Shown here: piece after piece, positions 50,701 through 64,000 of the stretch | Layout of the letters: the number at the start of each line of letters is the position of its first letter | How positions within the stretch are numbered: position 1 is the first letter of the stretch | Origin: Lingula anatina | Taxonomy: Eukaryota; Animalia; Brachiopoda | Assembly: GCA_051362555.1 (NCBI GenBank) | Contig: CM120648.1 | Coordinates: 13,760,587-13,824,586 of the forward strand | DNA: 64,000 nt | Direction of reading: 5' to 3' | Notes under the pieces: model-generated | The model's input: only the letters and a program-made list of their open reading frames with translations | The model's database searches: none | Told to the model about the DNA's origin: nothing | Position numbers and translations under genes: made by a program

Positions 50701-53700
50701 TTATTCCATGGAATTTTTCCTTTTTCCAGGTAAACCTTCCATTGCAGCCTTGTGGCTTCTTGGTTGACAGACTCTTACTGTCTCTTTATGGCTAATGCCT
50801 ATAGAAAAAAACAGGCATTGAAAGACAACATCAGAAGCAGTGCTCTGTCTCATCCATGTGTGCAATACATGATATGTGGCAAGATTAAGGACATGGTCAA
50901 ATGGTGTGCTAACAGTCCGATTCCAGAAACCCACTGTAAGGATGAGTCTGCATCTGGTATTGGTAGTAAGGAGAAGTCTTGATTGGGTGTATGTTGTTTT
51001 TCAGAGAACAATAATAGGTAATTTGCCAGTTCCTACACAAACAAACACAAGTCATCACATTTGTTGTTTTATTAGAGATAAAATGATTTATTGAAATATT
51101 GAAATATTTGTTTTTCGTAAGTTCTCACTCTTCTGATATGAATTGGTAATAAAATACACTTCAATTAAACACAGGGATGTGATAAGCTTTTCTCAGATTT
51201 TTATTATTGTAAAGCATCATTTGTACAAATTTCACAAAGATTGGACCACATTTGTCCAAATTATTAACGTTTAACTATTTTGATCCATGGAATTTGCCAT
51301 TGTTTTCAATGTAATTTTTAGTTTTCTCGAATATATTGTCTGAAAAATGGTTTTGATTACACACAGTCAACTGATAATCTTATCTCAGATTTTTATTGTT
51401 ATTAGGCATCATTTATACCAATTTCACAAACATTGGACCAGATTTGTGAAAATTATTAACATTTAACTATTTTATTCCATGGAATTTTTCCTTTTTCCAG
51501 GTAAACCTTCCATTGCAGCCTTGTGGCTTCTTGGTTGACAGACTCTTCCTGTCTCTTTATGGCTAATGTCTATAGAACAAAAAAGGCATTGAAAGACAAC
51601 ATCAGGAGCAGTGCTCTTTCTCATCCATGTGTGCAATACATGATATGTGGCAAGATTAAGGACATGGTCAAATGGTGTGCTAACAGTCCGATTCCAGAAA
51701 CCCACTGTAAGGATGAGTCTGCATCTGGTATTGGTAGTAAGGAGAAGTCTTGATTGGGTATATGTTGTTTTTCAGAGAACAATAATAGGTTATTAACCAC
51801 TTCCTACACAAACCAACACAAGTCATCACATATATTGTTTTATTTGAGATAAAATGATTTATTGTAATATTGAAATATTTGTTTTCGTAAGTTCCCACTC
51901 TTCTTATATGAATTGGCAATAAAATACATTTAAATTAAACACAGGGATGTGATAAGCTTTTCTCAGATTTTTATTGTTGTAAAGCATCATTTGTACAAAT
52001 TTCACAAAGATTGGACCACATTTGTCCAAATTATTAACGTTTAACTATTTTGATCCATGGAATTTGCCATTGTTTTCAATGTAATTTTTAGTTTTTTCGA
52101 ATATATTGTCCGAAAAATGGTTTTGATTACACACAGTCAACTGATAACCTTATCTCAGATTTTTATTGTTATTAGGCATCATTTATACCAATTTCATAAA
52201 CATTGTACCAGATTTGTGAAAATTATTAACATTTAACTATTTTATTCCATGGAATTTTTCCTTTTTCCAGGTAAACCTTCCATTGCAGCCTTGTGGCTTC
52301 TTGGTTGACAGACTCTTACTGTCTCTTTATGGCTAATGCCTATAGAAAAAAACAGGCATTGAAAGACAACATCAGAAGCAGTGCTCTGTCTCATCCATGT
52401 GTGCAATACATGATATGTGGCAAGATTAAGGACATGGTCAAATGGTGTGCTAACAGTCCAATTCCAGAAACCCACTGTAAGGATGAGTCTGCATCTGGTA
52501 TTGGTAGTAAGGAGAAGTCTTGATTGGGTATATGTTGTTTTTCAGAGAACAATAATAGGTTATTAACCACTTCCTACACAAACCAACACAAGTCATCACA
52601 TATATTGTTTTATTTGAGATAAAATGATTTATTGTAATATTGAAATATTTGTTTTCGTAAGTTCCCACTCTTCTTATATGAATTGGCAATAAAATACATT
52701 TAAATTAAATACAGGGATGTGATAAGCTTTTCTCAGATTTTTATTGTTGTAAAGCATCATTTGTACTAATTTCACAAAGATTGGACCACATTTGTCCAAA
52801 TTATTAACGTTTAACTATTTTGATCCATGGAATTTGCCATTGTTTTCAATGTAATTTTTAGTTTTTTCGAATATATTGTCCGAAAAATGGTTTTGATTAC
52901 ACACAGTCAACTGATAACCTTATCTCAGATTTTTATTGTTATTAGGCATCATTTATACCAATTTCATAAACATTGTACCAGATTTGTGAAAATTATTAAC
53001 ATTTAACTATTTTATTCCATGGAATTTTTCCTTTTTCCAGGTAAACCTTCCATTGCAGCCTTGTGGCTTCTTGGTTGACAGACTCTTCCTGTCTCTTTAT
53101 GGCTAATGTCTATAGAACAAAAAAGACATTGAAAGACAACATCAGGAGCAGTGCTCTTTCTCATCCATGTGTGCAATACATGATATGTGGCAAGATTAAG
53201 GACATGGTCAAATGGTGTGCTTACAGTCCAATTCCAGAAACCCACTGTAAGGATGAGTCTGCATCTGGTATTGGTAGTAAGGAGAAGTCTTGATTGGGTA
53301 TATGTTGTTTTTCAGATAACAATAATAGGTAATTTGCCACTTCCTACACAAACCAACACAAGTCATCACATATGTTGTTTTATTTGAGATAAAATGCTTT
53401 ATTGGAATATTGAAATATTTGTTTTCGTAAGTTCCCACTCTTCTCATATGAATTGGCAATAAAATACATTTAAATTAAACACAGGGATGTGATAGCCTTT
53501 TCTCAGATTTTTATTGTTGTAAAGCATCATTTGTACAAATTTCACAAAGATTGGACCACATTTGTGCAAATTATTAACGTTTAACTATTTTGATCCATGG
53601 AATTTGTCATTGTTTTCAATGTAATTTTTAGTTTTCTCGAATATATTGTCTGAAAAATGGTTATGATTACGCACAGTCAACTGATAATCTTATCTCAGAT

Positions 53701-55182
53701 TTTTATTGTTTTTAGGCATCATTTATACCAATTTCATAAACATTGTACCAGATTTGTGAAAATTATTAACATTTAACTATTTTATTCCATGGAATTTTTC
53801 CTTTTTCCAGGTAAACCTTCCATTGCAGCCTTGTGGCTTCTTGGTTGACAGACTCTTCCTGTCTCTTTATGGCTAATGTCTATAGAACAAAAAAGGCATT
53901 GAAAGACAACATCAGGAGCAGTGCTCTTTCTCATCCATGTGTGCAATACATGATATGTGGCAAGATTAAGGACATGGTCAAATGGTGTGCTAACAGTCCG
54001 ATTCCAGAAACCCACTGTAAGGATGAGTCTGCATCTGGTATTGGTAGTAAGGAGAAGTCTTGATTGGGTATATGTTGTTTTTCAGAGAACAATAATAGGT
54101 AATTTGCCAGTTCCTACACAAACAAACACAAGTCATCACATTTGTTGTTTTATTTGAGATATAATGATTTATTGAAATATTGAAATATTTGTTTTTCGTA
54201 AGTTCTCACTCTTCTGAAATGAATTGGCAATAACATACACTTAGATTAAACACAGGGATGTGATAAGCTTTTCTCAGATTTTTATTATTGTAAAGCATCA
54301 TTTGTACAAATTTCACAAAGATTGGACCACATTTGTCCAAATTATTAACGTTTAACTATTTTGATCCATGGAATTTGCCATTGTTTTCAATGTAATTTTT
54401 AGTTTTCTCGAATATATTGTCCGAAAAATGGTTTTGATTACACACAGTCAACTGATAACCTTATCTCAGATTTTTATTGTTATTAGGCATCATTTATACC
54501 AATTTCACAAACATTGGACCAGATTTGTGAAAATTATTAACATTTAACTATTTTATTCCATGGAATTTTTCCTTTTTCCAGGTAAACCTTCCATTGCAGC
54601 CTTGTGGCTTCTTGGTTGACAGACTCTTACTGTCTCTTTATGGCTAATGCCTATAGAAAAAAACAGGCATTGAAAGACAACATCAGAAGCAGTGCTCTGT
54701 CTCATCCATGTGTGCAATACATGATATGTGGCAAGATTAAGGACATGGTCAAATGGTGTGCTAACAGTCCAATTCCAGAAACCCACTGTAAGGATGAGTC
54801 TGCATCTGGTATTGGTAGTAAGGAGAAGTCTTGATTGGGTATATGTTGTTTTTCAGAGAACAATAATAGGTAATTTGCCAGTTCCTACACAAACAAACAC
54901 AAGTCATCACATTTGTTGTTTTATTTGAGATATAATGATTTATTGAAATATTGAAATATTTGTTTTTCGTAAGTTCTCACTCTTCTGAAATGAATTGGCA
55001 ATAACATACACTTAGATTAAACAAAGGGATGTGATAAGCTTTTCTCAGATTTTTATTATTGTAAAGCATCATTTGTACAAATTTCACAAAGATTGGACCA
55101 CATTTGTCCAAATTATTAACATTTAACTATTTTATTCCATGGAATTTTTCCTTTTTCCAGGTAAACCTTCCATTGCAGCCTT
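35752..55182. repeat. 9-monomer higher-order repeat, 6730 bp x3 (third copy shortened by 759 bp)
   Basis: Equivalent monomers lie at 35752, 42482 and 49212 (6730 bp apart), then 55183 (5971). Private variants recur in order: ggttattaacc, tattggtgta, aaaaacattt, gggtgtatg, ttgtactaat, aaatgcttt, acaaaggg. Confidence 0.92.
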
Positions 55183-58100
55183 GTGGCTTCTTGGTTGACA
55201 GACTCTTCCTGTCTCTTTATGGCTAATGTCTATAGAACAAAAAAGGCATTGAAAGACAACATCAGGAGCAGTGCTCTTTCTCATCCATGTGTGCAATACA
55301 TGATATGTGGCAAGATTAAGGACATGGTCAAATGGTGTGCTAACAGTCCGATTCCAGAAACCCACTGTAAGGATGAGTCTGCATCTGGTATTGGTAGTAA
55401 GGAGAAGTCTTGATTGGGTATATGTTGTTTTTCAGAGAACAATAATAGGTTATTAACCACTTCCTACACAAACCAACACAAGTCATCACATATATTGTTT
55501 TATTTGAGATAAAATGATTTATTGTAATATTGAAATATTTGTTTTCGTAAGTTCCCACTCTTCTTATATGAATTGGCAATAAAATACATTTAAATTAAAC
55601 ACAGGGATGTCATAAGCTTTTCTCAGATTTTTATTGGTGTAAAGCATCATTTGTACAAATTTCACAAAGATTGGACCACATTTGTCCAAATTATTAACGT
55701 TTAACTATTTTGATCCATGGAATTTGCCATTGTTTTCAATGTAATTTTTAGTTTTTTCGAATATATTGTCCGAAAAATGGTTTTGATTACACACAGTCAA
55801 CTGATAACCTTATCTCAGATTTTTATTGTTATTAGGCATCATTTATACCAATTTCATAAACATTGTACCAGATTTGTGAAAATTATTAACATTTAACTAT
55901 TTTATTCCATGGAATTTTTCCTTTTTCCAGGTAAACCTTCCATTGCAGCCTTGTGGCTTCTTGGTTGACAGACTCTTACTGTCTCTTTATGGCTAATGCC
56001 TATAGAAAAAAACAGGCATTGAAAGACAACATCAGAAGCAGTGCTCTGTCTCATCCATGTGTGCAATACATGATATGTGGCAAGATTAAGGACATGGTCA
56101 AATGGTGTGCTAACAGTCCAATTCCAGAAACCCACTGTAAGGATGAGTCTGCATCTGGTATTGGTAGTAAGGAGAAGTCTTGATTGGGTATATGTTGTTT
56201 TTCAGAGAACAATAATAGGTTATTAACCACTTCCTACACAAACCAACACAAGTCATCACATATATTGTTTTATTTGAGATAAAATGATTTATTGTAATAT
56301 TGAAATATTTGTTTTCGTAAGTTCCCACTCTTCTTATATGAATTGGCAATAAAAAACATTTAAATTAAATACAGGGATGTGATAAGCTTTTCTCAGATTT
56401 TTATTGTTGTAAAGCATCATTTGTACAAATTTCACAAAGATTGGACCACATTTGTCCAAATTATTAACGTTTAACTATTTTGATCCATGGAATTTGCCAT
56501 TGTTTTCAATGTAATTTTTAGTTTTCTCGAATATATTGTCCGAAAAATGGTTTTGATTACACACAGTCAACTGATAACCTTATCTCAGATTTTTATTGTT
56601 ATTAGGCATCATTTATACCAATTTCATAAACATTGTACCAGATTTGTGAAAATTATTAACATTTAACTATTTTATTCCATGGAATTTTTCCTTTTTCCAG
56701 GTAAACCTTCCATTGCAGCCTTGTGGCTTCTTGGTTGACAGACTCTTACTGTCTCTTTATGGCTAATGCCTATAGAAAAAAACAGGCATTGAAAGACAAC
56801 ATCAGAAGCAGTGCTCTGTCTCATCCATGTGTGCAATACATGATATGTGGCAAGATTAAGGACATGGTCAAATGGTGTGCTAACAGTCCGATTCCAGAAA
56901 CCCACTGTAAGGATGAGTCTGCATCTGGTATTGGTAGTAAGGAGAAGTCTTGATTGGGTGTATGTTGTTTTTCAGAGAACAATAATAGGTAATTTGCCAG
57001 TTCCTACACAAACAAACACAAGTCATCACATTTGTTGTTTTATTAGAGATAAAATGATTTATTGAAATATTGAAATATTTGTTTTTCGTAAGTTCTCACT
57101 CTTCTGATATGAATTGGTAATAAAATACACTTCAATTAAACACAGGGATGTGATAAGCTTTTCTCAGATTTTTATTGTTGTAAAGCATCATTTGTACAAA
57201 TTTCACAAAGATTGGACCACATTTGTCCAAATTATTAACGTTTAACTATTTTGATCCATGGAATTTGCCATTGTTTTCAATGTAATTTTTAGTTTTCTCG
57301 AATATATTGTCTGAAAAATGGTTTTGATTACACACAGTCAACTGATAATCTTATCTCAGATTTTTATTGTTATTAGGCATCATTTATACCAATTTCACAA
57401 ACATTGGACCAGATTTGTGAAAATTATTAACATTTAACTATTTTATTCCATGGAATTTTTCCTTTTTCCAGGTAAACCTTCCATTGCAGCCTTGTGGCTT
57501 CTTGGTTGACAGACTCTTACTGTCTCTTTATGGCTAATGCCTATAGAAAAAAACAGGCATTGAAAGACAACATCAGAAGCAGTGCTCTGTCTCATCCATG
57601 TGTGCAATACATGATATGTGGCAAGATTAAGGACATGGTCAAATGGTGTGCTAACAGTCCAATTCCAGAAACCCACTGTAAGGATGAGTCTGCATCTGGT
57701 ATTGGTAGTAAGGAGAAGTCTTGATTGGGTATATGTTGTTTTTCAGAGAACAATAATAGGTAATTTGCCAGTTCCTACACAAACAAACACAAGTCATCAC
57801 ATTTGTTGTTTTATTTGAGATATAATGATTTATTGAAATATTGAAATATTTGTTTTTCGTAAGTTCTCACTCTTCTGAAATGAATTGGCAATAACATACA
57901 CTTAGATTAAACAAAGGGATGTGATAAGATTTTCTCAGATTTTTATTATTGTAAAGCATCATTTGTACAAATTTCACAAAGATTGGACCACATTTGTCCA
58001 AATTATTAACGTTTAACTATTTTGATCCATGGAATTTGCCATTGTTTTCAATGTAATTTTTAGTTTTCTCGCATATATTGTCCGAAAAATGGTTTTGATT

Positions 58101-61100
58101 ACACACAGTCAACTGATAATCTTATCTCAGATTTTTATTGTTATTAGGTATCATTTACACAAATTTCACAAACATTGGACCAGATTTGTGAAAATTATTA
58201 ACATTTAACTATTTTATTCCATGGAATTTGCCCTTTTTCCAGGTAAACCTTCCATTGCAGCCTTGTGGCTTCTTGGTTGACAGACTCTTCCTGTCTCTTT
58301 ATGGCTAATGTCTATAGAACAAAAAAGGCATTGAAAGACAACATCAGGAGCAGTGCTCTTTCTCATCCATGTGTGCAATACATGATGTGTGGCAAGATTA
58401 AGGACATGGTCAAATGGTGTGCTTACAGTCCAATTCCAGAAACCCACTGTATGGATGAGTCTGCATCTGGTATTGGTAGTAAGGAGAAGTCTTGATTGGG
58501 TATATGTTGTTTTTCAGAGAACAATAATAGGTAATTTGCCACAACCTACACCAACCACATTTGTCCAAATTATTAATGTTTAACTATTTTGATCCATGGA
58601 ATTTGCCATTGTTTCCAATGTAATTTTTAGTTTTCTCAAATATATTGTCCGAAAAATAGTTTTGATTACACACTGTAAACTGATAATCTTATCTCAGATT
58701 TTTGTTGTTATTAGGCATCATTTATACCAATTTCACAAACATTGGACCAGATTTGTGAAAATTATTAATGTTTAACTATTTTGATCCATGGATTTTGCCC
58801 TTTTTCCAGGTAAACCTTCCATTGCAGCCTTGTGGCTTCTTGGTTGACAGACTCTTCCTGTCTCTTTATGGCTAATGCCTATAGAAAAAAACAGGCATTG
58901 AAAGACAACATCAGGAGCAGTGCTCTGTCTCATCTATGTGTGCAATACATGATATGTGGCAAGATTAAGGACATGGTCAAATGGTGTGCTAACAGTCCAA
59001 TTCCAGAAACCCACTGTAAGAATGTGCCTGCATCTGGTATTGGTAGTAAGGAGAAGTCTTGATTGGGTATATGTTGTTTTTCAGAGAACAATAATAGGTA
59101 ATTTGCCACTTCCTACACAAACAAACACAAGTCATCACATTTGTTGTTTTATTAGAGATAAAATGATTTATTGAAATATTGAAATATTTGTTTTTCGTAA
59201 GTTCTCACTCTTCTGATATGAATTGGTAATAAAATACACTTCAATTAAACACAGGGATGTGATAAGCTTTTCTCAGATTTTTATTGTTGTAAAGCATCAT
59301 TTGTACAAATTTCACAAAGATTGGACCACATTTGTCCAAATTATTAACGTTTAACTATTTTGATCCATGGAATTTGCCATTGTTTTCAATGTAATTTTTA
59401 GTTTTCTCGAATATATTGTCTGAAAAATGGTTTTGATTACACACAGTCAACTGATAATCTTATCTCAGATTTTTATTGTAATTAGGCATCATTTATACCA
59501 ATTTCACAAACATTGGACCAGATTTGTGAAAATTATTAACATTTAACTATTTTATTCCATGGAATTTTTCCTTTTTCCAGGTAAACCTTCCATTGCAGCC
59601 TTGTGGCTTCTTGGTTGACAGACTCTTCCTGTCTCTTTATGGCTAATGTCTATAGAACAAAAAAGGCATTGAAAGACAACATCAGGAGCAGTGCTCTTTC
59701 TCATCCATGTGTGCAATACATGATATGTGGCAAGATTAAGGACATGGTCAAATGGTGTGCTAACAGTCCGATTCCAGAAACCCACTGTAAGGATGAGTCT
59801 GCATCTGGTATTGGTAGTAAGGAGAAGTCTTGATTGGGTATATGTTGTTTTTCAGAGAACAATAATAGGTTATTAACCACTTCCTACACAAACCAACACA
59901 AGTCATCACATATATTGTTTTATTTGAGATAAAATGATTTATTGTAATATTGAAATATTTGTTTTCGTAAGTTCCCACTCTTCTTATATGAATTGGCAAT
60001 AAAATACATTTAAATTAAACACAGGGATGTGATAAGCTTTTCTCAGATTTTTATTGGTGTAAAGCATCATTTGTACAAATTTCACAAAGATTGGACCACA
60101 TTTGTCCAAATTATTAACGTTTAACTATTTTGATCCATGGAATTTGCCATTGTTTTCAATGTAATTTTTAGTTTTTTCGAATATATTGTCCGAAAAATGG
60201 TTTTGATTACACACAGTCAACTGATAACCTTATCTCAGATTTTTATTGTTATTAGGCATCATTTATACCAATTTCATAAACATTGTACCAGATTTGTGAA
60301 AATTATTAACATTTAACTATTTTATTCCATGGAATTTTTCCTTTTTCCAGGTAAACCTTCCATTGCAGCCTTGTGGCTTCTTGGTTGACAGACTCTTACT
60401 GTCTCTTTATGGCTAATGCCTATAGAAAAAAACAGGCATTGAAAGACAACATCAGAAGCAGTGCTCTGTCTCATCCATGTGTGCAATACATGATATGTGG
60501 CAAGATTAAGGACATGGTCAAATGGTGTGCTAACAGTCCAATTCCAGAAACCCACTGTAAGGATGAGTCTGCATCTGGTATTGGTAGTAAGGAGAAGTCT
60601 TGATTGGGTATATGTTGTTTTTCAGAGAACAATAATAGGTTATTAACCACTTCCTACACAAACCAACACAAGTCATCACATATATTGTTTTATTTGAGAT
60701 AAAATGATTTATTGTAATATTGAAATATTTGTTTTCGTAAGTTCCCACTCTTCTTATATGAATTGGCAATAAAAAACATTTAAATTAAATACAGGGATGT
60801 GATAAGCTTTTCTCAGATTTTTATTGTTGTAAAGCATCATTTGTACAAATTTCACAAAGATTGGACCACATTTGTCCAAATTATTAACGTTTAACTATTT
60901 TGATCCATGGAATTTGCCATTGTTTTCAATGTAATTTTTAGTTTTCTCGAATATATTGTCCGAAAAATGGTTTTGATTACACACAGTCAACTGATAACCT
61001 TATCTCAGATTTTTATTGTTATTAGGCATCATTTATACCAATTTCATAAACATTGTACCAGATTTGTGAAAATTATTAACATTTAACTATTTTATTCCAT

Positions 61101-64000
61101 GGAATTTTTCCTTTTTCCAGGTAAACCTTCCATTGCAGCCTTGTGGCTTCTTGGTTGACAGACTCTTACTGTCTCTTTATGGCTAATGCCTATAGAAAAA
61201 AACAGGCATTGAAAGACAACATCAGAAGCAGTGCTCTGTCTCATCCATGTGTGCAATACATGATATGTGGCAAGATTAAGGACATGGTCAAATGGTGTGC
61301 TAACAGTCCGATTCCAGAAACCCACTGTAAGGATGAGTCTGCATCTGGTATTGGTAGTAAGGAGAAGTCTTGATTGGGTGTATGTTGTTTTTCAGAGAAC
61401 AATAATAGGTAATTTGCCAGTTCCTACACAAACAAACACAAGTCATCACATTTGTTGTTTTATTAGAGATAAAATGATTTATTGAAATATTGAAATATTT
61501 GTTTTTCGTAAGTTCTCACTCTTCTGATATGAATTGGTAATAAAATACACTTCAATTAAACACAGGGATGTGATAAGCTTTTCTCAGATTTTTATTGTTG
61601 TAAAGCATCATTTGTACAAATTTCACAAAGATTGGACCACATTTGTCCAAATTATTAACGTTTAACTATTTTGATCCATGGAATTTGCCATTGTTTTCAA
61701 TGTAATTTTTAGTTTTCTCGAATATATTGTCTGAAAAATGGTTTTGATTACACACAGTCAACTGATAATCTTATCTCAGATTTTTATTGTTATTAGGCAT
61801 CATTTATACCAATTTCACAAACATTGGACCAGATTTGTGAAAATTATTAACATTTAACTATTTTATTCCATGGAATTTTTCCTTTTTCCAGGTAAACCTT
61901 CCATTGCAGCCTTGTGGCTTCTTGGTTGACAGACTCTTCCTGTCTCTTTATGGCTAATGTCTATAGAACAAAAAAGGCATTGAAAGACAACATCAGGAGC
62001 AGTGCTCTTTCTCATCCATGTGTGCAATACATGATATGTGGCAAGATTAAGGACATGGTCAAATGGTGTGCTAACAGTCCGATTCCAGAAACCCACTGTA
62101 AGGATGAGTCTGCATCTGGTATTGGTAGTAAGGAGAAGTCTTGATTGGGTATATGTTGTTTTTCAGAGAACAATAATAGGTTATTAACCACTTCCTACAC
62201 AAACCAACACAAGTCATCACATATATTGTTTTATTTGAGATAAAATGATTTATTGTAATATTGAAATATTTGTTTTTCGTAAGTTCCCACTCTTCTTATA
62301 TGAATTGGCAATAAAATACATTTAAATTAAACACAGGGATGTGATAAGCTTTTCTCAGATTTTTATTGTTGTAAAGCATCATTTGTACAAATTTCACAAA
62401 GATTGGACCACATTTGTCCAAATTATTAACGTTTAACTATTTTGATCCATGGAATTTGCCATTGTTTTCAATGTAATTTTTAGTTTTTTCGAATATATTG
62501 TCCGAAAAATGGTTTTGATTACACACAGTCAACTGATAACCTTATCTCAGATTTTTATTGTTATTAGGCATCATTTATACCAATTTCATAAACATTGTAC
62601 CAGATTTGTGAAAATTATTAACATTTAACTATTTTATTCCATGGAATTTTTCCTTTTTCCAGGTAAACCTTCCATTGCAGCCTTGTGGCTTCTTGGTTGA
62701 CAGACTCTTACTGTCTCTTTATGGCTAATGCCTATAGAAAAAAACAGGCATTGAAAGACAACATCAGAAGCAGTGCTCTGTCTCATCCATGTGTGCAATA
62801 CATGATATGTGGCAAGATTAAGGACATGGTCAAATGGTGTGCTAACAGTCCAATTCCAGAAACCCACTGTAAGGATGAGTCTGCATCTGGTATTGGTAGT
62901 AAGGAGAAGTCTTGATTGGGTATATGTTGTTTTTCAGAGAACAATAATAGGTTATTAACCACTTCCTACACAAACCAACACAAGTCATCACATATATTGT
63001 TTTATTTGAGATAAAATGATTTATTGTAATATTGAAATATTTGTTTTCGTAAGTTCCCACTCTTCTTATATGAATTGGCAATAAAATACATTTAAATTAA
63101 ATACAGGGATGTGATAAGCTTTTCTCAGATTTTTATTGTTGTAAAGCATCATTTGTACTAATTTCACAAAGATTGGACCACATTTGTCCAAATTATTAAC
63201 GTTTAACTATTTTGATCCATGGAATTTGCCATTGTTTTCAATGTAATTTTTAGTTTTTTCGAATATATTGTCCGAAAAATGGTTTTGATTACACACAGTC
63301 AACTGATAACCTTATCTCAGATTTTTATTGTTATTAGGCATCATTTATACCAATTTCATAAACATTGTACCAGATTTGTGAAAATTATTAACATTTAACT
63401 ATTTTATTCCATGGAATTTTTCCTTTTTCCAGGTAAACCTTCCATTGCAGCCTTGTGGCTTCTTGGTTGACAGACTCTTCCTGTCTCTTTATGGCTAATG
63501 TCTATAGAACAAAAAAGGCATTGAAAGACAACATCAGGAGCAGTGCTCTTTCTCATCCATGTGTGCAATACATGATATGTGGCAAGATTAAGGACATGGT
63601 CAAATGGTGTGCTTACAGTCCAATTCCAGAAACCCACTGTAAGGATGAGTCTGCATCTGGTATTGGTAGTAAGGAGAAGTCTTGATTGGGTATATGTTGT
63701 TTTTCAGAGAACAATAATAGGTAATTTGCCACTTCCTACACAAACCAACACAAGTCATCACATATATTGTTTTATTTGAGATAAAATGATTTATTGTAAT
63801 ATTGAAATATTTGTTTTCGTAAGTTCCCACTCTTCTTATATGAATTGGCAATAAAAAACATTTAAATTAAATACAGGGATGTGATAAGCTTTTCTCAGAT
63901 TTTTATTGTTGTAAAGCATCATTTGTACAAATTTCACAAAGATTGGACCACATTTGTCCAAATTATTAACGTTTAACTATTTTGATCCATGGAATTTGCC

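Larger units (their letters stand above)
25167..64000. repeat. Satellite DNA array, right arm (~52 monomers of the same family, same orientation)
   Basis: The same monomer resumes directly after the poly(A) (gggatgtgataagc...) with spacings of 769-771 bp. There are 567-bp variants at 34414, 41915, 48645 and 58265, and one 579-bp variant at 54604. The array runs off the right edge. Confidence 0.98.

Noticed and set aside
58-63851. Hundreds of repeated 61-83 aa ORFs on both strands (MASWLTDS..., MARLRTWS..., MGFWNWTV...) as a tandem gene family
   Set aside because: They overlap in several frames and on both strands, and most start at non-ATG codons. They are freely broken by a 2-bp deletion, nonsense variants and length variants, and I recognise no domain. 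They are by-products of the repeated monomer.
1-64000. CRISPR array
   Set aside because: Repeat units are ~770 bp with no unique spacers and no cas genes, and the context is eukaryotic.

Overview
This is a eukaryotic (probably animal) repeat region with no host genes. About 58 kb is one head-to-tail, AT-rich, CpG-poor satellite array of ~79 monomers of ~770 bp (769-771 bp, plus 567- and 579-bp deletion variants). The monomers form several higher-order repeats: a 3648-bp 5-mer and a 2877-bp 4-mer on the left, and a ~2312-bp 3-mer and a 6730-bp 9-mer on the right. Each monomer has an internal ~192-bp sub-periodicity, several dyads and a branch point/polypyrimidine/AG|GT motif. The array is interrupted at 19202-25166 by one apparently full-length, intact + strand APE-type non-LTR retrotransposon (CR1/L2-group-like). 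It has a 5'UTR with a CRE palindrome, ORF1 (coiled coil + RRM-like), an 836-bp spacer, ORF2, a 3' stem-loop, AATAAA and A17. ORF2 encodes a hydrophobic N-terminal leader, a 2A-like GDVHPNPGP motif, APE, RT and a CCHC finger. The insertion junctions are atypical: the apparent 42-bp target duplication is made of two different monomer variants, and a 346-bp net deletion with an 18-bp inverted templated insert lies just downstream. The many short ORFs in the satellite are judged non-coding. All calls come from reading the sequence by eye; no database searches were run.
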